Assembly: GCA_021789895.1 (NCBI GenBank)
Contig: JAJYIU010000019.1
Span: 2,523 to 66,522 of the forward strand
Reading direction: 5' to 3'
DNA from: Acidobacteriota bacterium
Lineage (GTDB): Bacteria; Acidobacteriota; Terriglobia; Terriglobales; SCQP01
Length of the DNA stretch: 64,000 bases
Shown here: in pieces, positions 32,611-42,800 of the stretch
How positions within the stretch are numbered: the stretch's first letter is position 1
Layout of the letters: every line of letters starts with the position of its first letter
Position numbers and translations under genes: made by a program
Notes under the pieces: generated by a model
The model's input: only the letters and a program-made list of their open reading frames with translations
Told to the model about the DNA's origin: nothing
Databases searched by the model: none

Positions 32611-33918
32611 ATGAGTTCGTCATCGGCCAGAATCCTGCTCGGCGTCAGCGGCGGCATCGCCGCTTACAAGGCGGCGGAACTGGCGCGGCTGCTGCAGCAG
32701 CGCGGTGCATGCGTGCGCGTCATCCTGACCCGCAACGCTTGCCGCTTCATCACGCCGCTGACGTTCGAAGCGCTGACCGGCAGCCCGGCCCTGACCCGCC
32801 TGTTTACGGCTTCGGCTTCCTCGCCGCAAAATGACGATTTCGACAGCGCCATTGAACACATTCGGCTGGCCCAATCGGCCGACCTGCTGCTGATCGCTCC
32901 CGCCACCGCCAACCTGATCGCCCGCCTGGCGAACGGCCTGGCCGATGATTTGCTCACCACGGTTTACCTCGCCACCCCCGCGCCGGTGCTGCTGGCGCCG
33001 GCAATGAATACGCAAATGTGGCAGCATCCGGTAACGCAGGAAAATCTCGAGCGGCTGCGGCGGCATGGGGTGGAGTGGCTGGAACCGGAATCCGGACCGC
33101 TGGCTTGCGGCCTGGTCGGCCCGGGACGCCTGCCGGAGCTGGAAACGATTGTCGAGCGCGCCTGCGCGCTGGCTCACCCCCGGCCGGCCGACCTGACCGG
33201 CGAAACGGTGCTGGTGACCGCCGGGCCGACGCGCGAGCCGCTCGACGCCGCGCGCTACATTTCCAACCGTTCCAGCGGGCGCATGGGATACCGCCTGGCC
33301 CAGGCCGCGGCGGAACGCGGTGCGCAAGTGGTTCTGGTCAGCGGGCCGGTGTCGCTCGCGCCCCCGGCCGGCCGGCGCGGCGCGATCCAACTGGTGCCGG
33401 TCACGACCGCGGCCGAGATGGCAGCGGCGGCCTTGGCCGCTTTCGAACGCTGCAGCCTGGCCCTGCTGGCCGCCGCGGTGGCGGATTATCGCCCCGCCTC
33501 GGCCAGCACCGAAAAACTGCCGAAACAGCCTGGCGACTGGGCGCTGCAGCTGGAGCCGACCCCAGATATCCTGGCCGAATTAGGCCGGCGCAAGCGCGCC
33601 CAGTTCCTGGTCGGCTTTGCCGCCGAAACCGCCGCCGGCGACGAATCCGCCGCCCGCGCCCGCGCCCGCGCCAAGCTGCGCGCCAAACAAGCCGACCTGA
33701 TCGTTTTCAACGACATCAGCCGCGCCGATATCGGCTTCGATCGGGAAACCAACGCAGTGGTGCTGATTGACGAAGCGGGCGATACGGAAATCCCCCGCGC
33801 GGGCAAGCTGGAAATCGCGCATGCCATCCTCGATGCGGCGCTCGCCCGCCGCAAGCTGCGCCCTGCCCAGCCCTCCCCATCCGCGCATCCCCAGCCGGCA
33901 GGGGCGCTGCGGGCATGA
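32611..33918 (+). CDS. coaBC: Bifunctional phosphopantothenoylcysteine decarboxylase / phosphopantothenate-cysteine ligase
   Basis: ILLGVSGGIAAYKAAELARLL, PAMNTQMW, ISNRSSGRMG, AAAVADYRP. Confidence 0.95.
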   Translation: MSSSSARILLGVSGGIAAYKAAELARLLQQRGACVRVILTRNACRFITPLTFEALTGSPALTRLFTASASSPQNDDFDSAIEHIRLAQSADLLLIAPATANLIARLANGLADDLLTTVYLATPAPVLLAPAMNTQMWQHPVTQENLERLRRHGVEWLEPESGPLACGLVGPGRLPELETIVERACALAHPRPADLTGETVLVTAGPTREPLDAARYISNRSSGRMGYRLAQAAAERGAQVVLVSGPVSLAPPAGRRGAIQLVPVTTAAEMAAAALAAFERCSLALLAAAVADYRPASASTEKLPKQPGDWALQLEPTPDILAELGRRKRAQFLVGFAAETAAGDESAARARARAKLRAKQADLIVFNDISRADIGFDRETNAVVLIDEAGDTEIPRAGKLEIAHAILDAALARRKLRPAQPSPSAHPQPAGALRA

Positions 33919-34805
33919 GCGCGGATCCCCGTCAATTAGCCGAATACCTGCGATTCCTGCGCGAGTTGGGCGTGGAAGATACCGCCATCAGCTCCGATAT
34001 CGCCGCCCGCCTGGTAGCCGCCAATAATTCGCCTGCCGCCACGCCGCCGGCGCCTGAACCCGCCTCGCCGTCTGCCAAGGCCGCCGCAGCCGCGCGGCGA
34101 GCCCCCGCGCAACCCGCCCCCGCGCCCCGTCCCGCGCAGATTTCAATGCCGGGCAACGATAGCTTTCCCATCGCCCTGGCTGACGCCTCCGGGCCGGGCC
34201 GTGCCGACGGCGCCGATCCGGCGGAGCAACTGCGTCAGATCCGCGCCGATCTGGGCGACTGCACCCGCTGCAAGCTGCACGCGCAAGGCCGCCGGCAGAT
34301 TGTCTTCGGAGTGGGCAATCCCCGCGCCCGGCTGGTCTTTGTCGGCGAAGGCCCGGGAGCGGATGAAGACGCGCAGGGCATTCCTTTCGTTGGCCGCGCC
34401 GGCAGGCTGCTGACGGACATGATCGAGAAGGGCATGGGGCTGCGCCGCGACGATGTTTACATTTGCAATGTAGTCAAGTGCCGCCCACCCAACAACCGCA
34501 CCCCGGAAAACGACGAAACCGCCGCCTGCTCGCCCTTCCTCCGGCGGCAACTTGCCGCTATACGCCCGGAAATGGTCTGCGCCCTGGGCGCGGTGGCCGC
34601 CCAGAATCTGCTTGGCCGGCGCGGACCGATCGGCGGATTTCGCGGCACCGTCCACCGCCTCGAGCTCGAAGGCTTTACCACCCGGCTGGTGGTGACTTAC
34701 CATCCGGCCTACCTGCTGCGCGATCCTTCGCAGAAAAAAGAAACCTGGAAGGATTTACAGATCGTCATGCGCGAGCTGGGCCTGCCGCTGCCCGCACGCT
34801 CCTGA
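33915..34805 (+). CDS. Family-4 uracil-DNA glycosylase with about 110-aa N-terminal extension
   Basis: CTRCKLH...[27 protein letters not shown]...[11 protein letters not shown]. Confidence 0.9.
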   Translation: MSADPRQLAEYLRFLRELGVEDTAISSDIAARLVAANNSPAATPPAPEPASPSAKAAAAARRAPAQPAPAPRPAQISMPGNDSFPIALADASGPGRADGADPAEQLRQIRADLGDCTRCKLHAQGRRQIVFGVGNPRARLVFVGEGPGADEDAQGIPFVGRAGRLLTDMIEKGMGLRRDDVYICNVVKCRPPNNRTPENDETAACSPFLRRQLAAIRPEMVCALGAVAAQNLLGRRGPIGGFRGTVHRLELEGFTTRLVVTYHPAYLLRDPSQKKETWKDLQIVMRELGLPLPARS

Positions 34806-34854
34806 TTGCCGGGCGCGTTGCTGCCTAGCTCCCCAGCCAAGATACTTTTTGAAA

Positions 34855-36489
34855 TTAATTCGTCGCCGCCAAATAGCTTTCCAGGCGCCGTTGATAACGC
34901 CGCCGCCGGTCGGCAAACCAGCCGGCGTCGGGCGGCGTGGTTTTTTGCGCGGCAAAGGCGCAAAAGGCCGCGCGAAAGGCTGCGTACGCGGGACGATGCC
35001 AGCGCAGGCGGTCGAGCACGGCTTCGTCGCCGCTGCGCCGGCAATAGGCGCGGCGCACGGCCTCGGCCAGCGGCTCGCCTAATTCCAGCTCGATGCCGGC
35101 CAGATCCCAGGCCGGATCGGCGGGGCCGGGGAAGAAATGGTCGTCGCCGTGGTCGAGGGCGTCGAATTTCAGGAACCGTCCGCCGGCGTCGCCCCACTCT
35201 TCCGCCAGCATGCGGCCGTCCAGGCGGCAGCAGGGGCCGGGGCTGGGCTCGGGCATGCCGGGCGCGCGGACTTGCAGCAGCCGGCAGTTCGTCGGCAGCA
35301 TTTCCAGCAGTTCCTGCGAGGGCAGCTCGCGCGGCTGCAGGCGATACTCCACCGCGCACCAGGCAATGTAATTGCCGGCCCACTCCGCCCATTGCGCCAG
35401 CCGCAGTTGCGAGCAGGTTTCGAAAAACAGCATGCGCGCGGGTAAGACCGGCAGGCTGATCCAGCCATCGCCTTCCTCGCGGGCGGCCAGACTGACGCCG
35501 GCCCGGGCCAGGCGGCGCGAGCGCTCCGCCGCTTCCCGCGACGCATCGCACAGCCCGGCGAACTTGAAAAGCTTTGTCCCCGCGGCATCGAGATATTTCA
35601 TGCGATCCTGCAGCGGCCAGACGGGAATGCGCCGGCCCGGGGCAAAAATTTCCCGCCATCGGCCGGCGCTCAGGTTGCGCGCCGCGCCGGGCGGGGGTTG
35701 CGGCGGCGGCGCCGGATAGCGCCGCCAGCGTTCCCAGCGGCGCGCCGCCAGTGGATGGCTGAGTTGCTCGGCCTGCGGGTTCCAGCTCGGCAGCAGCGCC
35801 AGGCGTCCTTCGGCAATTCCCAAATGCCGCAGCCCCTGCACCAGACCGGCGAAAGACGAGCCGCTCAGCCCCGGCCCTTCGTCCACCAGCAGGAAATTCC
35901 CCTGCCATTGCCGCAACTGGGTTTCTAACTCGCGCGTCCAGCGGTATCGGCGGTCGTCGGGCAAGCCGCGAGGACGCAGCGTGGTCAGGCGGACTTCCAA
36001 TCCGGTGCGCGCCAGTTCTGCCGCCACCACCGCGCCCAGCGCGCTGCCGATGGTGCGAATGCCGAGCACCCAGGCGCGCCCCTCGGCCGGATGCTCGCGC
36101 CGCCATTGCCGCGCCGCGGCCGCATAGGCAGAAGGATGCAGCGCATAGTAGCGAAATCCTTCGGCCGCCGACAGGCTGAAACTGCGGTGGCGCATCCAGC
36201 TCTGCAACCGGGCCAACGCCGGCTGACGGCGGCGGGAGGCGTGTTGGCCATCGCCGCCGACAAATTGCGCCGCCGATTCCAGCAGAAGCTCGCGCGCGCA
36301 GTTCAGGATCGGCGGTTCATGCTCATTGGCGGCGCAAACGCAATCGGCGATAGCGCACTCCAGGTCCCCGGCCGCCAGCAGGCAGCGCAGGCGGTTCTCC
36401 GGCGTGGGCGCCGATTCCCAGCTCCGCCGCAGGCGGCCCAACAGTTCCCTGCCCGAATACCGGTTGCTTGCACCGCGAAAAATATACAT
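34855..36489 (-). CDS. Hypothetical protein with PRTase-like and kinase(APH)-like signatures
   Basis: 544 aa with balanced composition, unlike the overlapping Arg-rich alternate frame 34709..36106. NFLLVDEGPGLSGSSF resembles the PRPP-binding loop. FDALDHGDDHFFPGPADPAWDLAG resembles an APH/kinase catalytic segment. Confidence 0.6.
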   Translation of the reverse strand: MYIFRGASNRYSGRELLGRLRRSWESAPTPENRLRCLLAAGDLECAIADCVCAANEHEPPILNCARELLLESAAQFVGGDGQHASRRRQPALARLQSWMRHRSFSLSAAEGFRYYALHPSAYAAAARQWRREHPAEGRAWVLGIRTIGSALGAVVAAELARTGLEVRLTTLRPRGLPDDRRYRWTRELETQLRQWQGNFLLVDEGPGLSGSSFAGLVQGLRHLGIAEGRLALLPSWNPQAEQLSHPLAARRWERWRRYPAPPPQPPPGAARNLSAGRWREIFAPGRRIPVWPLQDRMKYLDAAGTKLFKFAGLCDASREAAERSRRLARAGVSLAAREEGDGWISLPVLPARMLFFETCSQLRLAQWAEWAGNYIAWCAVEYRLQPRELPSQELLEMLPTNCRLLQVRAPGMPEPSPGPCCRLDGRMLAEEWGDAGGRFLKFDALDHGDDHFFPGPADPAWDLAGIELELGEPLAEAVRRAYCRRSGDEAVLDRLRWHRPAYAAFRAAFCAFAAQKTTPPDAGWFADRRRRYQRRLESYLAATN

Positions 36490-36661
36490 GGAACTCCGGT
36501 TAGTATTCTTAGAATCTCCGCGAGGCGCGGCGGCGGCTCCGCCGCGAATTTAAGTTCTTTGATACCTTTTCCCGCCCGCCAAGGCCGAAAAAGTACACTG
36601 GGGCCGCGAGCGGCCGCCGGGCTGCTCCCGGTTTCGTTTTCGGATACAATGAAGCTGTTTT

Positions 36662-37255
36662 ATGCCGCTCTGGAAACGACAGGAAGAACCTTCGCCCGAC
36701 CCGATTCCTGCGTCCGTGCCAGCTCAGCCTGCGCCGCCGCACCCAAAGGAGAGTCACGTGCCACCGACCTATGAAGCTGGCCGCGATAGCGCCTATGTGG
36801 GCGTTTCCGTTCGCATCCGGGGAGAGATTCGAGGCGAGGAAGATCTCTACCTGGACGGCGAGATCGAAGGCAACATCCTGCTCCCCAGCCAGCGCCTGGT
36901 GGTCGGGCCGAATGCGCGCATTCATGGCCAGATCATCGCCCAGGAAGTGCTCGTCAACGGCAAGGTGCTGGGCAACATCCAGGCGAAAGAACGCTTGGAA
37001 ATTTTCAAGACCGGATGGGTGGAAGGGGAATTGAACGTCCGCCGGATCGCAATTCAAGAGGGAGCGTATTTCAAAGGCTCGGTCGCGATTGTAACCGAGC
37101 AGCCGCGGGCCGGAGCCGCGGCCGCCGCGCAATCCACCGCCAATATTTCATCCCCCGCTCCCGCTTCGACGCCTTCCAGCCCGGTCGCAGCCGGCTACAA
37201 AGAATCCTCCGGAACACCCCCCATCCAAAGTTCCTGGCTGGAGCGCAAGCCCTGA
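36662..37255 (+). CDS. Bactofilin (polymer-forming cytoskeletal protein)
   Basis: IRGEIRGEEDLYLDGEIEGNILLPSQRLVVGPNARIHGQIIAQEVLVNGKVLGNIQAKERLEI...AYFKGSVAI. Confidence 0.9.
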   Translation: MPLWKRQEEPSPDPIPASVPAQPAPPHPKESHVPPTYEAGRDSAYVGVSVRIRGEIRGEEDLYLDGEIEGNILLPSQRLVVGPNARIHGQIIAQEVLVNGKVLGNIQAKERLEIFKTGWVEGELNVRRIAIQEGAYFKGSVAIVTEQPRAGAAAAAQSTANISSPAPASTPSSPVAAGYKESSGTPPIQSSWLERKP

Positions 37256-37297
37256 TATGGATGGGGCGCTGCAGCCTGCATGGCCGTATCCTAGGAA

Positions 37298-37972
37298 ATG
37301 AATCTGGAGTTGTTCAATAAGGTGCGCTCTGCCTGGGGCGCATCGGCCAAAGATTCCAAACGCGCCGAATCCCTCGTTTCCGGCACTCCCCGCCATAGCA
37401 ACGGCCTGAAAGAACTGGCGCAGGCGTGGGAAAAGGCAGGCGAGCAGGAACAGCGGCTGCGAATCATGGATCTGGGGCCCACCTCGCGCTCCAATATCGG
37501 CTATATCACCGGCCTGGGCCATAGCCTGTTCAACGAGAACTTGTTGCAGTCCATCCCCAGCGCCTACCTGCAGGCCACCGATCCGGAGCAGCAGGCCGGG
37601 CTCGACGCGGAAGCGTTTCTTAACGAAAACCTGCAACTGGAGCCGGCTTCCTTCGACGCCGCATTATTATGGGATTTGCCCGATTACCTGCCCGAACCCC
37701 TGGTTCGCCCGCTGGTCGCGCGGCTGGAAATGCTGCTAAAGCCCGGGGGCGCTATTTTGACCTATTTGCATACCCGCGACGCCGGCCCGCACGCCCCCTT
37801 TTTGCACTACCACATACAAAACCGCGACACCCTGGAAATGCGCGTTGGACCCCGCCTGCCGTTAAAGCGTATCTATAACAATCGCCACGTCGAACAGCTC
37901 TTTCGCAATTTCCATTCTTTTAAATTCTTCCTGGCTCGCGACGGTTTGCGGGAAGTTCTGGTCATCCGCTAA
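37298..37972 (+). CDS. Putative class-I SAM-dependent methyltransferase
   Basis: RIMDLGPTSRSNIGY (motif-I-like). FDAALLWDLPDYL...LLKPGGAILTY. Confidence 0.5.
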   Translation: MNLELFNKVRSAWGASAKDSKRAESLVSGTPRHSNGLKELAQAWEKAGEQEQRLRIMDLGPTSRSNIGYITGLGHSLFNENLLQSIPSAYLQATDPEQQAGLDAEAFLNENLQLEPASFDAALLWDLPDYLPEPLVRPLVARLEMLLKPGGAILTYLHTRDAGPHAPFLHYHIQNRDTLEMRVGPRLPLKRIYNNRHVEQLFRNFHSFKFFLARDGLREVLVIR

Positions 37973-38112
37973 ATCGGGATAAGGAAATCGGCATTCCCAT
38001 TCTGGGAATTATTTTCTACCCCGAAGCGCAAGCTGGGGCTAGCTGCCGATGCCGGAACACGCATCCATTTAGATGTCCCCACTGCGGGGATCCTTTCTCA
38101 ACTCTCCTGCCT

Positions 38113-38161
38113 GGGTAGCCGACAGCGCGCTTGCCGGCTACCCTTTCCTCTTTATATTTTT
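38113..38161 (+). terminator. Rho-independent terminator candidate
   Basis: 9-bp stem gggtagccg / cggctaccc with a 13-nt loop, followed by tttcctctttatattttt. Confidence 0.45.
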
Positions 38162-38217
38162 CCGTTCCTCGTAGCAGTGCAGGACCAGCCGTTAGCATCG
38201 GCCTGGCGTTTGCGCAC

Positions 38218-38247
38218 TTGACAAAACACGGCTACGGATTGCAGACT
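38218..38247 (+). promoter_or_regulatory. Promoter-like TTGACA-N17-GCAGACT just upstream of ATG 38256
   Basis: TTGACA at 38218..38223. The downstream CAGACTGCGC block is shared with the site at 39776. Confidence 0.25.
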
Positions 38248-38255
38248 GCGCCCTT

Positions 38256-39722
38256 ATGCGATTCCGTGCCCCTGCTTCCCTCTCCGGCCGGCTCCGGCTC
38301 CATTTATCCAACCTGCTGTCTTTCAGCTTCCTGGCCATTTTCTTCGGCCTGGCCGGCGTTGCCCGTCTCGCCGCGGCGCCGCCCAGCCAAGGCTTTTATT
38401 TGCACCCCGGCGACCGGGTATGCTTTTACGGCGACAGCATCACCGAGCAGCGCTTTTATCCGGCCGAGGTCGAAACCTACGTTCTGACGCGCTTTCCGCA
38501 TCTTAGAGTGCGCTTCATAGACGCCGGCGTGGGCGGAGACCGCGTCACCGGCGGCTGGGCGGGGCCGATTGACCTGCGGCTGAAGCGCGACGTCTTTCCT
38601 TTCCGGCCCACCGTGGTCACCATCATGCTCGGCATGAACGATGCCGGCTATCGTCCCTTCGACGCCAAATTATTTGCCACCTATAAAAACGGATATCGCC
38701 ACATCATTGCATCCTTGCGGCGGCATCTTCCCGGCGTCCGCATCGTGCTGCTGGCCACCTCACCCTACGACGACGTAACCCAGCCGCCGACGTTTCCCGG
38801 CGGCTACAATGCCGTCCTCGACCGGTATGACGCCTTCGTGCGCCGGTTGGCAAAACAAGATCACCTGCTGTTCGTGGATTTCAACGCGCCGATGGTGCGC
38901 GTGTTGCGCGCCGCCTGGAAAAGCCATCCGCAACTGGCCAAACAAATTCTGCCCGGGCGCGTGCATCCCAGCGCGGCGGGCGAGATGATGATGGCGCAGG
39001 CGCTGCTCAAAGCCTGGGGCGCGCCGGCGCTGGTTTCAAGCGTGGCGCTCGATGCCCGTTCCGGCGCGGCCGCGCGCGCCGTCAAAGCCACCGTCGCCGG
39101 CTTGCGCCGGCTGCCATCGGGCGGCCTGAGCTGGAACGAGACCGAGCGGGCCTTGCCGCTGCCGATGCTGGCGCTGCATGAAAACTGGCCCCAGTTTCCA
39201 GCCTGGAACCTGTTTCTGCCGCCGCAGCCGCAGCCGAACTACACCAGCCCCTCCGCCGCTTTGATTGATCGCTTGAGCGGCTTCACCCGCCAACTCGACC
39301 AGGAACGCCTGCAGGTCTCGGGCCTCGCCGACGGCCAATACCGGCTGGCGATTGACGGACATCCGATCGCGAACTTTTCCGCCGCGCAACTTCGCCGCGG
39401 GGTCAATCTGGCGCGCTATTTCACCCCCATGCTGCTCCAGGCCTACCGCGTCAACGACCTGGTATGGGAAGAAATCGAAGCCCATTTCGTCGCCTGGCAC
39501 GGCATTCAAACCGCTCTGCAGGGTTTTCCCAAGCCCACCTGGAAGCGGCATGGGGTGGTCACGCCCCGCAATCTGCCGCTGCTGTCCACCAACGATGCCG
39601 CCGCCGCCCGGGCGGTTAGCCAGGCGATGGCGGCGATGGCGCGGCTGCAGACGGCGATTGCAGCGCGCGAGCGGCAGGCGAGCCGCCCGCGACGGCATCA
39701 ATTCACGCTCATCCCGCAATAA
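38256..39722 (+). CDS. SGNH/GDSL-family hydrolase, secreted
   Basis: VCFYGDSITEQ (block I Ser). MLGMNDAG (block III). N-terminal hydrophobic signal. Confidence 0.85.
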   Translation: MRFRAPASLSGRLRLHLSNLLSFSFLAIFFGLAGVARLAAAPPSQGFYLHPGDRVCFYGDSITEQRFYPAEVETYVLTRFPHLRVRFIDAGVGGDRVTGGWAGPIDLRLKRDVFPFRPTVVTIMLGMNDAGYRPFDAKLFATYKNGYRHIIASLRRHLPGVRIVLLATSPYDDVTQPPTFPGGYNAVLDRYDAFVRRLAKQDHLLFVDFNAPMVRVLRAAWKSHPQLAKQILPGRVHPSAAGEMMMAQALLKAWGAPALVSSVALDARSGAAARAVKATVAGLRRLPSGGLSWNETERALPLPMLALHENWPQFPAWNLFLPPQPQPNYTSPSAALIDRLSGFTRQLDQERLQVSGLADGQYRLAIDGHPIANFSAAQLRRGVNLARYFTPMLLQAYRVNDLVWEEIEAHFVAWHGIQTALQGFPKPTWKRHGVVTPRNLPLLSTNDAAAARAVSQAMAAMARLQTAIAARERQASRPRRHQFTLIPQ

Positions 39723-39775
39723 TTTCGCTAAAAAATCCCGTTATTTTACTTCGCGGCAATCATGCGCTCGCCCGC

Positions 39776-39804
39776 TTGACAATTCCGCCCGCGCACGCCA
39801 GACT
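39776..39804 (+). promoter_or_regulatory. Promoter-like TTGACA-N17-CAGACT upstream of ATG 39840
   Basis: TTGACA at 39776..39781, CAGACTGCGC at 39799.., then ttgTATACAAT. Confidence 0.25.
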
Positions 39805-39839
39805 GCGCGATTGTATACAATTTCGGAGTACAAAAGCTC

Positions 39840-42800
39840 ATGCCCATCTTCCGCCTGCACCCGCAAGTGGCTGGTCATTTGTCCCTTCTAGCTCAATCAG
39901 GCTCCCGCCGCCCGTCCCGGACCGCGCTGGCGCTGGCGCCATTTGCGCTTTGGGCACTGCTGGCGGCCAAGCCCACGGCCAAGCCCGCCGCGGCTAAATC
40001 GGCCAAGCCGGCCCTGCCCTGGTACCATGCCTTGCAGTTCCGCTACATCGGCCCCCCGGGCAACCGCGTCAGCGCCGTCACCGGCGTTCCCGGAAATTGG
40101 AACGTTTATTTCGCCGGCGCGGCTTCGGGCGGAGTCTGGAAATCCACGGACGGCGGCATCCATTGGCGCCCGGTCTTCGATCAAGAGCCGGCGCAGTCCA
40201 TTGGCTCGATCGCCATTGCCCCCGAAGACCACAACCTGGTCTGGGTGGGCACCGGCGAGCCTTTCATCCGCAGCAATGTCTCCATCGGCAACGGCATTTA
40301 CAAATCCACCGACGGCGGCGAGACCTGGAAACACATGGGGCTGGAAAAAAGCGGGCGCATCAGCCGCATCGTGATTGATCCGCGCCACCCTCAGCGCGTT
40401 TTCGCCTGCGCCATGGGCACGCTCTACGGCCCGCAGCAGACCCGCGGCGTCTTCCGCACGCTCGATGGCGGCGCGCACTGGCAGCGGGTGCTGTTTGCCG
40501 GCCCCGACGCCGGCTGCTCCGATCTGGCAATGGATAGCCAGAATCCCCGCGTGCTGCTCGCCGGCACCTGGCAGATGGTGATCCACACCTGGGGCAAGTA
40601 CAGCGGCGGCCCGCAAAGCGGCCTTTTTATTTCACATGACGCCGGCGCCACCTGGCAGCGGCTGCAGGGCCGCGGCTTACCGCCGGCGCCCTGGGGCAAG
40701 ATCGCCGTCGGCATCGCTCCCAGCGACGGACGGGTGATGTACGCGCTGATAGAAAACTCCGATCCCGGCAAGTACGGCATGCTGTTCCGCTCCGGCGACG
40801 GCGGCAAATCCTGGCGGGCGGCCAGCTACCAACGCGTGCTCGACGAGCGCCCCGATTACACCACCCGCTTTGCCATCGCACCCGATAATCCCAATGAGGT
40901 CGTAGTCGCGTCCAACTACGTCAGCCTATCCTACGACGGCGGCGTGACCTCGAGGATCGTTTATTGGGGCGGCGACACGCACGACGTCTGGTTCGATGCC
41001 ACCGACGCCCGGCGCATCATGATCGGCGACGACGGCGGGGTCAATATTTCCACCAACCGCGGCCGCGGCTGGCATCGCGTCTCGCTGCCCAATGCGCAGA
41101 TCTATCACGTCGCCACCGACGACCGCATTCCCTACTACGTTTACGGCAACGAACAGGACAATGAATCCGTGCGCGGCCCCAGCGACAGCCGCGGCTATTT
41201 CATCCCCTCCGGGCTGTGGCAAACCACCGCCGGCTGCGAATCCGGCTTCTCCTATCCCGAGCCTTCCAATCCGAATATCGTCTGGGGAAGCTGCTATGGC
41301 GGTTATTTCGCCCGCTACGACCTGCGCACCCAACAGACCCGCGCCGTCAGCCCGTGGCCGAGCGAAATTCTCGATTCGCCCGCCAACGCGGTGCGCTACC
41401 GCTGGAACTGGACGCCGCCGCTGCTGATCTCGCCCTGGCAGCCGCACACCGTCTATGTCGGCAGCCAGTATGTGCACGTCACCACCGACGGCGGCCAGAG
41501 CTGGAAAGTCATCAGCCCCGACCTAACCCGCGACCAGAAAAAGCGCATGGGCCCTTCCGGCGGATTATGGCCCGACAACCTCGGGGTCGAATACTGGGGC
41601 ACCTTGTTCGCCCTCGCCGGCTCCCCTCGCCAGCCCGGATTGCTCTGGGCCGGCAGCAACGACGGGCTGGTGCACATCTCGCGCGACGATGGACGGCATT
41701 GGCAGGACGTGACCGCCCATATCCCCGGCATTCCCAAATACGGCACCATCAGCAGCATCTTTCCATCCCCCTACAGCGCCGGCGCGGCCTACATCGCCGT
41801 CAATGCCCACCAGGTCAACAACCGCAATCCCTACATCTTCAAAACCGCCGACTTCGGCCAAAGCTGGAAAAAGATCACCCGTGGCATTCCTCCCGGCGTC
41901 TTCAGCTACGTGCACATCGTGATCGAGGACCCAGTGCGCCGCGGACTGCTCTACGCCGGCACCGAAAACGGCCTCTACGTCTCTTTCAACGATGGCGGCG
42001 ATTGGCAGCCTTTGCAGGATAATCTCCCCCATGCTCCAGTTTCCTGGCTGACGGTGCAGCCGCGCTTCGACGACCTGGTGGTCGCCACCAAGGGGCGCGG
42101 CATCTGGATTCTCGACGACCTGGCCCCGCTGCAGCAGGCGACTACGGCGGTGCTGGCCGGGCCGCTGCAACTGTTTCATTCGCGCCCGGCGTATCGTTTC
42201 CGCAAAATCGGCACGATTCGCGATACCGGCGACGACATCGCCGCGGGCCGCGATCCCCGCTACGGCGCCGACATCAACTTTTTCCTCCACGCCGCCCCGC
42301 CCGCCAAAGCCAAGAGCTCGGTCGAGATTCTCGACCGCCGCGGCCGGCTTGTGCGCCGATTGAAGCTGCGCGGCCTGCATCCCGGCCTGAACCGCGTCTG
42401 GTGGGACCTGCGCTACGCCAAACCGCTGGCGGTTGCGCTGCGCACTACGCCTCGGGCGATGCCCCGGCTGTGGTACGAACAGCGCTTCTGGTACAAGCAT
42501 ACCCGCACCATCTATCACTGGGGCATGCGCGAGGCCGAACGCGGCCCGCTCGCCGAGCCCGGCGTCTATACCGTCAAGCTGAACATCGCCGGTCAGAACC
42601 AAACCGGAACCGTGACCGTGCTGAAAGACCCGCATTCGGCGGGCACGCTGAGCGACATCCATCAGGATGTGCAATTCCTGCTGGCGCTGCGCCGCGATCT
42701 CAATAGCACCGCCCGCACCATCAATCAGATCGAGCAGCTTCGGGTGCAACTGCAGCAGCAGGCAGTGTTGCTCAAATCCAATGCCTCGATGGCCTGGATG

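Noticed and set aside
34709-36106. 465-aa alternate-frame ORF on the same strand as 34855-36489
   Set aside because: Extreme Arg/Ala/Gly/Pro composition. The 544-aa frame has balanced composition and plausible motifs.
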